A stretch of 64,000 bases of DNA from Flaccisagitta enflata. Taxonomy: Eukaryota. Shown piece after piece: positions 33,997-53,632 of this stretch (within the stretch, counting starts at the first letter, position 1; every line of letters begins with the position of its first letter). The DNA is taken from the NCBI GenBank assembly GCA_965153355.1, contig OZ231126.1:44516001-44580000 (forward strand), in the 5' to 3' direction. The position numbers were made by a program, and so were the translations under genes. Below the pieces are notes generated by a model, which saw only the letters and a list, made by a program, of their open reading frames with translations, was not told the DNA's origin and made no database searches.

Positions 33997-35603
33997 TACC
34001 ATCAACTTTATTACTATAAAATTTTCGCAAACAGAGGAGATAAGAGTGGTGAAGAAGAGGTCTGAAGAAAAAATTGGTAGAGCATCAAATGCCGGAAAAT
34101 GCAAATGTACTACCTAGAGCATAAATATATCGCCAAGCATATCAAGCAATATCTCCATCAAAAATGAAAAAAATCATATATAAATCAGTGAGATTCTGAA
34201 ATTACATCAAATTTCTGACCAAATGCCACCAACCACATTTTTCTAGCTCAAGACTCAAGTCGTTTAGAAATGGCCAGCAAAACAATAGTGATACCCCTTT
34301 TGAAAAATAAACAGAATATTTCATCTAGTTTTCTGTCAATCTCTGCTGGTAAATATAATGACACTTGTCTGATAGATTTGAGTATTTTTAATCCCATTTC
34401 TGGACCTCAGGACAATGTTGAAGACTCATTTTCATTTTCTTGGCTTAATGACACATATTGGTTAGAAATAACAGCAGAAGGGAACCCGCCATATTGACTA
34501 TGAAATAGTCTAGAATTGCTTTCAAGAAGGGGAGAGGTACCTTGTATTCTTACTTAAGATTTGTCTAAAAATCTACAGAAAACCCATGATCAGGTAGTGG
34601 TCAAGGTCGATGGGAGCAATACTAATAATTTAGCATAATATGAATATTTTTTGATGAATGCTACATTGATAACATAACTAATTCTTATTTTGGCGATATA
34701 TTTATGCTCTAGATAGTAGTGTGAAGGACATGGACATGGACATGGACATGGACATGGACCAAAAAACATACAATCCTGTGGACTGATTTCGAAATGGCAG
34801 TAGATTTTTTTTGTCCGGTTTTCTAAGCACCAAAATTGCAACAGTTCAGCCATACAGCTGCATTTCTTGTGGACAAAATATTAGATGATGATATTCTCTC
34901 GTGTCTTAAAACAATAAATGTTTCATTCGTAATTTGTAATGTCTGCTGTATGATACAATTGATTACAGCATGTAAATTTGCTCTCACTTAACGTTATTGA
35001 ACTCGCTTATAATGCTTCAAATTCTATCAAAACAATAAAACGTACAGCCTTGCCCCTTGATAACAGCCCCAAGGGGACCCTTCAAATTTGTCCCTTATTG
35101 CGGGGCACCGTTATCATGAAAAACTATTTGACTAGCTGATTGATGCTACCATAGCATCCACTATTTCTTTATTTAATTGGTGTTTGGATGTCTCTTCATT
35201 TTTTTTTGGAATAGATAAGTTTTAATAATCGAGATAATTGATAAAAAGTAGGCATAGTGGTGTGCAATATCAAATATAAAAGTTTAAATATTTGGCAAAC
35301 TTAATTACTTCTTCATGTTTGAACACAAGGTAAAAGTAGCATGATAGCGAGTTGATAAAAAACCAGAGCTTTTTTTAGAAGTGACTCAAGAAAAATCAGG
35401 TAGGAAAAAATATTATTTGGGATATTTTTTTTGAAAAGAAAATTGAAACTCTCTGATCCCTCATCCAGTCTTGACAATAAGTGTGTGTAATATTCAATGA
35501 ATTCTTTGATTATTCATACTACATTCAACAAAAACATGCCCTTCTCACACTGTGGTAACAACCAACAAGAAAAAATGATTTGATCTATCAAATGCTATAC
35601 TCG

Positions 35604-35670
<67 letters not shown>

Positions 35671-36026
35671 GTGGATCAGTCTGTTTGCCGCTATCAAAGA
35701 GTTTAAGGTCATTTAGGCCCAAAACATTTGACCTATATTGGCGAGTCGCCGCTAAAGGCGTGTCCGTTATCTAGGGGCAATTTAGCATTACAAAAGGCCT
35801 GAAAAATTTGGGACTGTAGCATGTTGTACACTAATGGCGGGTCACCGTTAATGGCGTTGTCAAGGAAGCGGGGTTCCACTGTAGTATATGCGTCTGCGTA
35901 TCTTCAGTAGTACGTACCACTGCCTCTTCTCGTAATCGTTGGTTGACAACAAGGCAGCTTCATAAGACATTGCAACTTATACATGTTTGGCTTCACCCAA
36001 ACTGAATGCTAGTCTGCACGTGTGTG

Positions 36027-36218
<192 letters not shown>

Positions 36219-36562
36219 TCATACCTCTGCAAATTTTATCCTTTTCCCTTTTAAGTTTTATGACTCGGTTTTGGAAAAAAGCGGAGGATAAAGAGAAGAC
36301 AAAATCAGTGGAAGAAACGTTGGTTGGTAGTTGGTTGGTTGCCCACCGGCATTAACGCAATGCTGAGAATTGGTGGTAGCAAAAGCAACTTGGTTTCGAG
36401 CCTCCAGCCCCAGGGTTGCTACTGGGGCCCTGACGTTGGGTTGAGGATTTAGGCCTACTGGCCAAGAATTTGGCTTCTAGTATAAATTTTGGGCTGGTGG
36501 CATCATGCCACTGGCATGTCACGTATCAGGATGAGACTTGAAATTGACAGCCATAGCTACAG

Positions 36563-36772
<210 letters not shown>

Positions 36773-37151
36773 TTTAGCTTGAAGGGAAGGCATTTAGCTT
36801 TGACTTTTGGCATTCACGAGCCAAAGGAATTCGGTGGGAAAACATTGATGAACTCTGTCCAACCTCAAAGCCGTGACCTGCATCGTCGCTCGCGTGATAT
36901 TTACTCGCAAAATGCTAGGGCGAAGATTTCCTCTCAGTTTACTCTGTGTATTTCTCTGTCTCTGCGCTTCTGCTTCTTCTTCTCTTGTTTCTCAGAATCT
37001 TTCTGTCTCTCTTTTCCACTCTTACTAACTTTGCTTTTCCTAACTTCTCCGTAGCTATCCGTCCTAGTATCTGTCTATTTGTCACTCTCTGTCTATCTGT
37101 CTTTCTCTGTCTCTCTCTGTCTCTGTTTGTCTCAGTCTATCTCTGTCTGTA

Positions 37152-37418
37152 CAGTCTATGGACATTCGGTATTTGTAGATATGTCAGCAGTTTGGTATAT
37201 TTCAACCCGTTGAAATCTTTCATTTTGGCATATTTCAACAGGTTGAAATCTCTCATTTTGGCACATTTCAACACATTGAAATCTCTCATTCTACAAGATT
37301 AATATCAGTATAATGAAAGATTTCAACCCGTTGAAATATGCTGGAATGAGAGATTTCAACGGGTTGAAATGTACCAAACTGCTGACATATCTACAAATAC
37401 CGAAACGTCCATAGACTG
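37152..37418. mobile_element. Foldback-type MITE with long TIRs and palindromic 29-bp subrepeats
   Basis: CAGTCTATGGAC...GTCCATAGACTG inverted arms of about 100 bp; repeated ATTTCAACNNGTTGAAAT units. Confidence 0.7.
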
Positions 37419-37441
37419 TGTAATTACCTGCTCTAAACGTA

Positions 37442-38928
37442 CTATCTTCGCCAAAAGAAACGCGACACCTTCTACCTAGAATATCTTGGCTTCTAGACAA
37501 GCTAGAGACTTTTTTAAAAAAACATATTAATCTACTCCAAAAGATCTACAAAATGAGTCCAATCTGGTAACTGTATCTTAAAGCGTTTAGAAATGGCAAG
37601 CAGAAGAAGGGAAATAGTCATTTTCAGAATTGATAAAGAATTGCAAAAAGGAGAATAGAAAAGATTTCATGTAAGTTTGACATTGGTTATCTCAGCTTCT
37701 GGAAAAGCTAGAGACTTTTTCCAAAAAAGCAAATTGATCTACATCGAAAAATCTAAAAGATGAGCGTAATCTGGATCCTGTAGCTCAAACCGTTTGGAAA
37801 TGGCAAGCAAAAGAGTAGACCTGTTTAAAAAATCATAGGCTTGCAAAAACTGTGGACTACTGATAAAAGGTTATCACATCTGTGAATGGAGATATGTGTT
37901 ATAAATTGCATTTCAGATTCACAGCCTGGTTTGTTTCTCACACAAAAAACTTACTTGACTTACAAACACTTTCAGCAGCCAAATTTTGTCAGAGTATGGT
38001 CAATAAATCATATCATTGGCCTATTCACTGAATCACGAACTCTTATCTGGAAATAAGGCCAGTCAAGGTCCATTCCACTGAAGCACTACTTCGTGCTTCA
38101 GTGGAATTGGAATTCGTGCTTTAGTGGATTTGCTCTTAACCTCTTTTCATATTGCAATGATTGAGTGCAAATATTTCAGTGAAATAAGAAATTTATCTGA
38201 TTATTTTCTATTGAAACAAGAAAAGTTTTTTTTGTTTTTCTAAACTGTCATCTTCGAATATCTCCATAACTTTTTTTTCCTATGAATCTTGTTTTTATTG
38301 CAAATTTTTTTCCCTATCATTTAAATTTGTGTGTCTTTGAAGGAAAGAAATTTTCTGTCTACAATTTTTTCCAAGGGATAAAAACTAAGATGATGTTAAA
38401 ACATGTGTTGATATTTGATGTTTCATAATTGATATTTGATATTTGATACATGATATTTGATATATGATATTTGATATTTGATTTGTTATATGATTTTATA
38501 TTTGATTTGATATTGTTCCACCTATCATACATTTAGTAAGTGTCCTTAACTAAAGAGAAATAGAGGGAGGTGATAAGAAAACAGTGGATTTCTTGATTTC
38601 TTCAGATAAACAAGGCCAAGTAGGCCAATAAGGTGCGACATGTGGATCGTCGAACGAATGCGTTACCCGACCAACCAACCAACCAACCAACCAACGGACA
38701 CAGCCAATTATAGAGGTGCTTTGTCGGACCTAAAAGATTACTATGATAAAATCAGTTATGTTCAATTCCACTGAAGCTCGAATTCCAAAAAACACTAGTT
38801 TTTTCTTATTCCACTGAAGCACTAGGGTGTGCTTCAGTGGAAATAATTCTAACTTAAGCACGAATTTCGTGATTCAGAGGATGCCCCATATCATTCCCAA
38901 GGTGTCGCGTTTCTTTTGGCGAAGATAG
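37442..38928. mobile_element. Non-autonomous TA-flanked DNA transposon, about 1.5 kb
   Basis: Perfect 30-bp TIR CTATCTTCGCCAAAAGAAACGCGACACCTT with TA TSD; contains a nested Helentron-like piece at 38608-38735. Confidence 0.8.
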
Positions 38929-38940
38929 TACACTCCGTGT

Positions 38941-39026
<86 letters not shown>

Positions 39027-39029
39027 GTG

Positions 39030-39061
<32 letters not shown>

Positions 39062-39120
39062 TGTGTGTGTGTGTGTGTGTGTCCTTCTTTGTTTAATCGT
39101 TCATTCATTCTCGCTTTATC

Positions 39121-39204
<84 letters not shown>

Positions 39205-39630
39205 CCCGTAGGTCATCGCCCATTAGTTAGCCGTTATAAGAAAGGAAGGAGTTTTAAAAGATGAGAAAATTTTCTCTTCAATTTTTTCCTTCGGCAAATT
39301 TTCTCTCCTCCATCTGAAGTCATGGAGTGGCGGGTATGACCGCCCCTGGACGCGCACCGACTAATATCGGCTCAATGTCGGCGATATTTCGGTGCACACC
39401 GGCACCACTCGCCTTGATGAAACCGCCGTCGACTGCGCCACCACCGCCACTAACCGCGGTGTTCGATGATAATTCCACGGCTCACGGACAGCCACGGCAC
39501 GGCTAGCGGCACCCACCGGCCACCACCTCGGCTATCGGCGCCCACGTTGCTTGAAGGGTATATTTTGGGTCAAAATTTTTGATTCGCTCGCCAATTAACC
39601 ATATTCACTTAGCGGCATTTGGAGAGGAAA

Positions 39631-39773
39631 TCAGTCAAGCAGAAGTCGGTGTTTGATTGAGAAACCCACACGGCAATACTATGGTGAAGTATGTGAGGGC
39701 ACTATTTTGTCCATAGGAACTCATCAGTTGCCGTGCGGGTTTCTTGACCAAACATCGGCCTCTGCTTGTCTGA
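39631..39773 (-). ncRNA. Degenerate type I hammerhead ribozyme motif closed by a 46-bp stem
   Basis: Minus strand: stem I, CTGATGA, GTTC(CTAT)GGAC, AAAA (for GAAA), imperfect stem III, GTA, then the stem I complement. Confidence 0.55.
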
Positions 39774-40999
39774 GCACATTCATTTATAATTAAGAAATTG
39801 AAATTGAATACAAGGTTAAATGGCTATCTAATTCTTAAAAAAAAAACTTTTCAAGTCCCCTAGGGTTACCTCTCAAACAACCACGGCAACCTATACTAGC
39901 TGGCAATGGCATTGATTTTATTCTAATGATAGAATCGGTTTTTGGTTTTCCTCCACAGTATTTCCACACATAACGATTCTTCGATACAAAAATTTATAGA
40001 CATGGTTGACTTTGAATTTGTATTGCACTTCTCTTCGCTAGGTTTCGTCGGTATTGACTAATGTCTGCCTCGTCATTGTCCGACGTTAGAACGTCCGAGC
40101 AAAGTAGTAACAGTACACAGTACACAGTACACAGTAAGTTGAAACAAGATTATACAAGAGAATATGAGAGTAGCCGTAAGAAGAAACATGTGCAGTAGGA
40201 CGTCCTGAAAATCTGTTTCCTCCTTTTCACCTCCACCTGACCCTCCAGCTCCTTCTTCAACATCTCTTTATTATCTACCACCGGAATTGTTTCTTTCTTT
40301 TTAGTTGTGGACGCGCAACTCTATTTATAAGAGACCTCGTCCGTTTTGACGTTCGTCCATAGAGCCATTGGTCTGTCGCACAAGTTGAAAATTAGAAACA
40401 TGAGCGTTTTTTAAAAGATGCTTGTGGGTGGTAAGGGGGGGACGGGGGTGTGGACGGGGGTTAGATGCCCCTACTCGCCCGTCCGCAACAATGTTGTGAC
40501 CCCGCGTCACTGGCTTTTCAAATTTCCTTTCCACCACCTCTTTACAAAATAAATTACCAATCTCTATCTTTCTTTTTATTTCATTCATACTTTCTTCATT
40601 CCTCCCTATTTCCATTTCTGCCACCTCTTTTTAGTTTTGCCACCTCTTCCCTCTGTTTCTTTTCTTTTTTCTTTTTCTTTTCTTTTTTCTTTTTCTTTTC
40701 TTTTTTCTTTTTCTTTTCTTTTTTCTTTTTCTTTTCTTTTTTCTTTTTCTTTTTTTCCTCTCTTCTTAGCTCCACCTCTTTACCATCACTCTCCTCTTTT
40801 TCCTTTCTCTTAATTTCTTTATTCCACTCTATTTTACTCTTTGCTCCACCTCTTCCACGGCTGAGGGCACTTTTCAAAATTGGGTTCAAAGTTAAATTCG
40901 AAAATTTTGGACTACGGGTCAAAGATCGCAGTCAGGCGGCGGCCATTAGAGAAAAATTGACTCGCTCACTCTCTTCTTCTCCCTCTCTTTCCCCCACTT

Positions 41000-41049
<50 letters not shown>

Positions 41050-41387
41050 CCTCCGCCCCACCTCCGTGCATACACTCTCCATGAAACCTGAACAATGAAT
41101 AGAACGACCACCGTCTTCTCCTCCTCCTCCTCCGCCTTCCTCCTGCTCCTCAAAACGGCCGAATTTTCTTCCGAATTTTGGGATCAAAATTTTGTTTTAT
41201 GGAAAGAAAGAGAAGAAAAGAAAATTGGAGAATAATGGGGGAGAAAAGCCATCAACCAATCACAGATCAAGATACAAGATCGAACGACCAATGAGAAAAG
41301 ATCTTCAGCGTGGAAAAAAATGGCGGCTTTTCTCTTTGGGTCAGCTTTTTTTTCTTTTTTTCAAAGCTTCGGTGTGGGTAGAGGAAA

Positions 41388-41436
<49 letters not shown>

Positions 41437-42419
41437 TCTTCTTTTTCTCTCCTGTATATTTATGAAGGGTCAGCTTTAAATCGCCATTGAAGAAATTGGA
41501 TGAAACGTTATTTTCTCCTCCTGCCTTCGTTCGCTCGACCTCTCTCAAAACCTTGGCCGGAAAAAAGATTCTTCTTGGTATTCCCCTTTCCGTTCCGTTT
41601 TGTTTTCATTTTGGCTCTCGCGCACGCGCACGCCTAATGTTCCGATGTACATATCTTTGAATCTTGCTCACCTTTCATCATGTATTTCACTCAACATTTT
41701 CACTCTTGTACTGGCATACTGCCAGCGTCATACCCATTTCAGCAATTCAGCCACTCTAAGAACCCTCTCGCTTCTGGACCCTCATGCAACCTCCTTCGTC
41801 CTGTGAAGTTAAAAAAACGATTTGATTCTCATTCACCTCGAATTTCAGCCCAACGATTTTGATATTTTCAAAAATTTACGCGTGCGTGAGTCATGAGTTA
41901 AATGGACTTAGAATGCACGTTAGATGGACGGTAAAATGGAAGTTTAAACGCTTTTTTCCCTTTGGCCGTTAAACTTAGTTTCCTGAAGGGTCAAGCAATT
42001 TTCAAAAGAAAGCAAAGGTTCTTTCCCCTTCACCGCTAATGACGGCTGGTTTGAAAAAAGTATTGTTTAAAGTCCACTCAATTCTAGAATGCACGTTTCA
42101 TGAAACCTGTGGCGCCAGTTTGGCGAAATGGATGCGGTTTTCTGAGCTGAGTAAATTTGTGGTCGTTTTTTACATCGATCTTCGAAAAAGGTTTGCAGGA
42201 CACGTCATCAACCTGAGTTTTGCTCCATGGACTGATGGAGATTACAATTTACCCTTTTCGAGTGAGTTAGCATCTTTTCTTGCACCCACTGTTCTACATC
42301 TAGATACCAGCGCCTCTTGCGTCTATACACCGTTTATGATCTTCCCAGATCGCGGTCAAATTTCCTAGGTTGAACTTCAACCACCAAACCGCACTTGGTG
42401 AGCTGAGACCTGAGTCGTG

Positions 42420-42750
42420 CAGTACGCCGATTGCATCCCGGGACTTTGCTGAATCGCTCTTATGTGACCCCTTCGGATTGTGACACTCACGATTTTATTA
42501 CAAACGAGCCAATGCGCAGCTGTCTAGCTTGATGGGAACCTTTTTTAGGGCCCAATTTAACTTTACATTGAAATTAGTAGTAAAAAATCCCCTTGAGACT
42601 CACCTTAAAAAAAATCCTTTTATTTTCTTTGTTAATTTCAAATTGACCCTCAAAAAGGTTCAAATCAAGCTAGAATGCTTGTTTGAAATATGAAGGGGGC
42701 GCAAAAGAGCGATTCAGCAAACTCCCGGGATGCAGTCGGCGTATTGTGCA
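42420..42750. mobile_element. MITE with about 42-bp TIRs
   Basis: TACGCCGATTGCATCCCGGGACTTTGCTGAATCGCTCTT recurs inverted at about 42705-42750. Confidence 0.65.
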
Positions 42751-43936
42751 ATTGTGACATTAAGGTTTACATTACAATTCACTGAACAAAGAACTTATCG
42801 CGTAAGTGGAACACCATCTAACCCTAATTCACTTATCTGTGCAAACCTCATCAATCGGCGCGAATCATTTCCTCAATTTTTTCCGTCCTTAACTTTCCTT
42901 CTTCCTTCACTCATTCACACCTGGACAAAACTTTTCGTCCACTTCCTCCTCCTCTTTCTCCTCCCGTTCCTCCTCTCTATTTTTTTTTCCTTCCAGCTTC
43001 CGCCTTTTAAAGATTTATCTCCTTTTTTTCTCCCTCCTTATTTCCCTCTTTCTCACGTGCCTTTTCACCTTCACTTTCTCCTCGTCTCTTCCTCGTGTCC
43101 TCTTCCTCTTCCCGTTTGATTCACGCGTAATTTTCCTCACGCCAGGTTTCGCATTTTCCACTCACGTGGAAACACCTGGGCGCGGCGACGGCGGTGCTCC
43201 GGCTGCACGGCTGCGGCGTCGTTTTGCGGCACTTCTGGCGCTATATTCCACATTTTTTACTCTCCTGTCCCCGCTTCCGGTGGATTTTTTTCTTCCTCTT
43301 CCTTCTCTTCAGAAGTTTGACGTCAGGTGATGATTAGTTGTTTCAGTCAGCGCAGGTGAGAACGATCATTCCCGGATGATCATTCACTTGATAGAGACGA
43401 AGTACAATTAAAGCGATTAGCCCTCTGCCGCTAGCCAACCGATGCCAAACTTGTTCTCCTCAACCACCGCCCCTTCCCATTTACTATCTGGCACTACGTA
43501 TCGGGGTTTGTCATCTATGTAGCACAGAAAAGAGTCATAATTTGTTGGCACCATCTGACTGATTTTCTGATTACATGATGCGTACATTCGTAAATGACAA
43601 TACAAATTATAGTTACAATCAATGACACTCGTGGCATTAAAATTTACTATTTCTTACGAGGATAAAGAATGATCAACAAGATTTTAGAAGAACTTAAAAA
43701 TGCCAATAGAAAAACGTTAAAACAAATAATGCTTCTGATTGTGCCTCTCGCTGTTGTTGAGAGAACCGATTAGGCAATTTGCCGTAGTTAGATTTTATCA
43801 TGCAGCCAATATCACAATTTTCATCTAACAAATCAGTGAAACGTGTTTATGAGTGTTTGGGTGTGAATGTGTGTTTGTGTGAGTGAGAAAGAGTAACAGT
43901 GTCTGTTCGTGTACATAAGATAGTTGTAGAAATCTC

Positions 43937-44017
<81 letters not shown>

Positions 44018-46077
44018 CTTCCTTTCTCTATGCGTTCGGAGATTTGTTCGCTCCATATGTTCACACACATACAAGGTCCAACGTTTAGGTGTTAAAAAGC
44101 CATTACGCCATCACGCCATCGCACAGGCATCCCTGCCTTGCTGACGTCACGACGTAGTTGACGCACACCGAGCCCCAGCGCTGTTGACGATGACGACGAC
44201 GAGGACGACGATGGCGACGACAACGACAACGGAAAGGACGATAAGGAAGCAACCCAGGCGCACGTGTGCGCTGGAGGTTTTAAAAGCGTGTGGGTGGAAA
44301 AATATCAGGTGCACGCGCGCGCGAGCGAGAACGAGAAAAAGAGAAGACCGGCAGAAAAACGAAGGAAAAACGAAACAGGCAGATGCAAGTTTACGTGACA
44401 GAATGGCAGAAACAGTGATGCCGAGTATATATCAGACGAGGGAATGAATATGCAAGTCACGATGTGGTGGGTATGGTTAGGAACTTAGGATGATTATGCG
44501 ATAATGATACAGCACTATATGGGACCACGAACACCCGGCAAGGGACGAATCTTGGCTCATTTTGGTGATGATTGATTCATGCACAATTTGCACTTCTTAC
44601 CTTCAGTGCAACTTGGACAAACCTTAAATAGTCGCGGGGTGATGAGGACAGAGATCTAGTCACAGATATTGTTCCACCTATCATACAGCGCCTTGTTCAA
44701 TGTACATAAGGTATACGCGCTTGCGGGCCGACTGGTAGGCGGACGGAAATGAGGACTACAGTTGTAGTAATTCGTGGCTGCACGTGGGGAAAAAAAGAAA
44801 GATTTTGGAAGAAACTGGCAGTTTTTTCTCGCTTTAGAAACCGTTATCTTCCTTACCTACATGTTTCCCGTGAGTAGCATCCTGAATAAGCCCTACTACC
44901 AAAACAAGGCCCAGTGGGCCAATAAGGTGCGCCGTGTGGATCGTTGAATGAATGCGTTACCGACCAACCAACCGACCGACAGACCAACGGACAAAGCCAG
45001 TTATAGAGGTGCGTTGGCGCACCTAATAAGTAAGGGGTCGTTACAGTATTTCTCCTGATGAGCGCCTCCCACTCTTTTTGAAAAGAAAAGTCTGCCACTG
45101 GTAGAGTAATTTTCCAACTCATTTGTAGCTCAGTCTTTCAAAAGTCAAAACAATGTAGAAATCTAAAATTTTTCAGAACATGAAGAAAGTTTGTTCCTTG
45201 TTAATGTGGTTTTTTCTCATCCCCTGTCCCTTTCTTTCTGATGCTCCTACTTTTCCTAAAAATAACATCTGAGGAGGCGATCATGTATGGGCAAAAATGG
45301 CAATGTTACATTCTAATTTTGTGAGCGCCCGGGGCGCTAATTAGTAGAAATACGGTAAAGAGCTGTTCACTTGAATGAAGCCAAACATTACTTTTCAAAT
45401 GTCATTTCTCAGCCCTTTGCTTTAGGTCTGTTAGTCGGTCCATAACTCAGTTGATTTACTCTTTCCATGGTCTCAAACTCAATTTGCGACAATGCTCTTG
45501 CCCAACCACCCACAATTTATTTCAGTTAAATCTTACTCTGACGGATTTCAAAAGACTTAAAAATTGTATCTGTTATGGGCGGAATTCTGTGACAGCAAAT
45601 AAAGGAGATGTCAAGAAACAACAAGTCAAAGGGACTAAGGATTTGCATCCATTACAGGCGGAATTCCGTTAGTGGCGGGGCCGTTTTAGCGGTATTAAAC
45701 TATACCGTGAAAGCTTAGAGCTTACAGGACATCCAAATCCAGACTTCAGATGATCTCAGTTCCAGGCTCCCAACTTCCCAGCTCTCAAACCTACCTCATG
45801 AGTCATGACTCTAATTACTCGAAACATTTGAAGTGGATTCCTTAAACACCCATCTATACTGTTACATCGTCATTGCCCTATAGGGGTAGAATACATTCTC
45901 GCCCCAGTTTTAATTCTTATCCTGGGTACAACTGGCCACGAGTTTTAGGCGGGTTCCCCGGTTCTCGTCCCTTTCTTCCTTCCTCCATTTTTCGTCCTTC
46001 TTTGCCTCGTTGGAGAAAGTCATGACTTTGGAGGTGAAAGGAAGACGAGAACGAGTAAAGTGAGTACGGATATTAGC

Positions 46078-46148
<71 letters not shown>

Positions 46149-46760
46149 AGAGAGAAAGAGAAAGAGAAGAAGAAGAAGAAGAAGAAAAAGAAGAAGAAGA
46201 AGAAGAAGAAGAAGATGGTGATGATGGTGAAGATGAAGAAGAGTAGGAGTAGTGGTCCTAGTATTTTGACAGTAGATATGAACCACGACCTACACCCGAT
46301 GAAAATAACATTGTAAGAAATATTTTTGTCCGAATTTTTAGTCGCTGGCCAAGCGACTCTGTAAGAGGGTGTGTCCCTATGTAGGAAGAAAGGGAGGAAG
46401 GAAGGTTGGAAACGCCAAATTTTGGATAACGCGAAATCGACTGAAATACATAGTGATTTCCTAGCATTACTGCCTATGCCTAGCCACATTACAGCCCCGC
46501 CCTCCCCACACTGTCCCTGCTCACCCGCCAGCGACTACTTATTGGCCAAGTATCCAGCCTTGTTTTCCTTTCTGAAGGCACTATAATCAAAGTATGGAGT
46601 ATAAAGTGTTGCTTCATGATTTAGACATTTGTTATTTGACAGACTCTCACTGTAAGTGGATGAAGATGTTGGACCTGGATCTGCATACATCTTTGAGGTC
46701 AGCAGGGGTCAACGGGAAAAAAGGTGGTTAGAGGCCATTACGCACCTCGTTTAGAGTTCG

Positions 46761-46851
<91 letters not shown>

Positions 46852-46929
46852 AGACCAACACACAAACACAGCGCAAAACAAAACAACGCACTTCACCACC
46901 ATTCGTTAACACACACAAAAAACTTAAAC

Positions 46930-46971
<42 letters not shown>

Positions 46972-47175
46972 CCACATCCACACACCCAAGTACCCACTCA
47001 AACATTTGCTGATCATTGGCTTCATTAGTTTTTATTGGGTTTATTATTTTACTTCAAACAAAGGAAGAGAGTATCATTGTGCCGACAAATTGAATCTACT
47101 AGCCCATGCCCAAGCGACCAAATCCTCTTAGACAAAGATTGATCATTGTCAATTGACTTTCTCCTTCTTCTTTTG

Positions 47176-51480
<4,305 letters not shown>

Positions 51481-52629
51481 TGTTCATAGCCGCCACAGCC
51501 GCCACTGCCGCCAATGCCGCCCTCGCCGCCGCTGACTTTGCCGCCACCGTCGCTGCCGCCGCCACCACAATGACCTTCGACCATTTGTTTTTTGGTTATC
51601 CTTGATACAATTCAAAATTGACAGATTCTGAGGTCTGTCAAACAGTAAATGTTCATCAAAGCGGGAGTAATGCAAAAACGAGAGTGTCGGAAATGGTAAT
51701 CAGCGTTTTTAGATGGTTGGTAACGCATTAAAAACATCAAATCCAAGCATTTCATCAACAGAAAAGTGGTTCTAACCCAGTAAAAGAAGATATATTACGT
51801 AATCCATTCATTATATCATTTATTCATTCGCAAAAGACATTCATTCATAAAAATATTCACTCATATAAAAACATTCATTCATAAAAAAACATTTATTCAA
51901 AGAGGACGCATCGTTGGTCTACTTGGCCTTGTTTCTCTACGGATTGATCGACTGGATGAGCGCACGGACGGACACATTGAGTACTATCGAGTCGCGTGTA
52001 GTACGTACTAAAGATTTTATGGACCCACCTGCTTGTATTATAACGTGAAAAACGAGAACCAGTTCCGAACCACTGAATAATCGGATCGCGAGTTGCGCTT
52101 TTGTTCGATTGATTCGGACGAGTTTTCGCACTTCGACGAAAGAAGGCATCTGGCGTTCATCCTGGCGGAAATTCCGCCATTTTGGTTGATATCAGAGAAA
52201 AAAAAAGTGAAACTGAGAGAAAACTTAAACAAAGCGGTATGAAGTGTAACTACAGCATTTGTGTTTTCATCTCGATGGTTCGACGACATGTGTTACTGTA
52301 ATTCTTCACTGAATCGCTGTCACTCAATAACGGAGTGAAAGTGCTCTTTTGCGTGAGAAGGAAAGACAGGAAAGGGAGAGAAAAGGAACGAATAGGGATA
52401 CAAACATAAATACACGCAACGACCGACAAACTGAAGAAAGTGAGACATGGAAGGAGGGGGGGGGGGCGGTGCAGTGATGACACACAATCACAAATATGAG
52501 TTGAAAACAAATATTTAAAAAATCTCCGTTAGTTGTTACTCAAATACGCTACTTGTGACCAATTAATGATTTTTGTTCACTCCTATTCGCCCCGTTCACC
52601 AATCCCTCCTTGATCCCAGTGCTCCACCT

Positions 52630-52733
<104 letters not shown>

Positions 52734-52961
52734 TTTTTCGCTCTCCCTTCGCATTCATTTCTCTCCTGTCGTTCCTTGATGAATTTTGAATTGACCCGCG
52801 CTCACGGGGACACGGACGCTGATGCTGCTGGATTTTTCTGTCGCTGCTGCTGCAGTTGCTGAAGCGTCCAGCCGCCGAATCTGAGCGGAAAGCGGCGTCT
52901 CTGGCGGCGGCCAAAGGAACTTTCTTGCGAACGGACGCCATCTTGATTTTTTCATATTGTG

Positions 52962-52999
<38 letters not shown>

Positions 53000-53547
53000 G
53001 GCCGCGGGGTTCGAAACCGGGTAGCAATTTTGCCATTTTCCTCATCCATCAAATTCTACTTGCGGCTCTTTTCTTATTTCAGTCATTTGCAGAAAGGAAT
53101 ATTTGCGCCCCTTCTTTTTGAGAAAAGAGTATGACCAAACTCTCAACTATTTTTCTCTTCTTTTCTGATCCTTTTTTTTAGCCATTAAAACTTTGATATA
53201 CAGCACGAGAGAAAAATAAGGAGTTCCTTTTTCCTTTTGAAATCTCCGAAAATGTTCTCTTTTTTCTTTTGTGATGATCGAAGTTTTTTCCTTTATTTTC
53301 ATGTGTGTGTATGCGAGTTTTCTTTTTTTCGAGCCCACAAAATGAAGCGAATGTAACAATGGTAATTATGCATCAATGTTAACAAACGTGATTCTCGTGG
53401 CCGAAATTCCACCGTTCCGTTTATCCATTTCTTTGTGAAACTCGAAAGCCAAAGATATCGATTTCAAATTTTACAACTGAACCTTTTCCACTTGGCAAGG
53501 CGCAGCTCAGGAGGCGCGCACGAGCGGGCGGGCGGGCTAAGAAAGAA

Positions 53548-53632
<85 letters not shown>

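Noticed and set aside
52995-53030. tRNA or SINE B-box GGTTCGAAACC
   Set aside because: No A-box or cloverleaf; upstream sequence is (GA)n.
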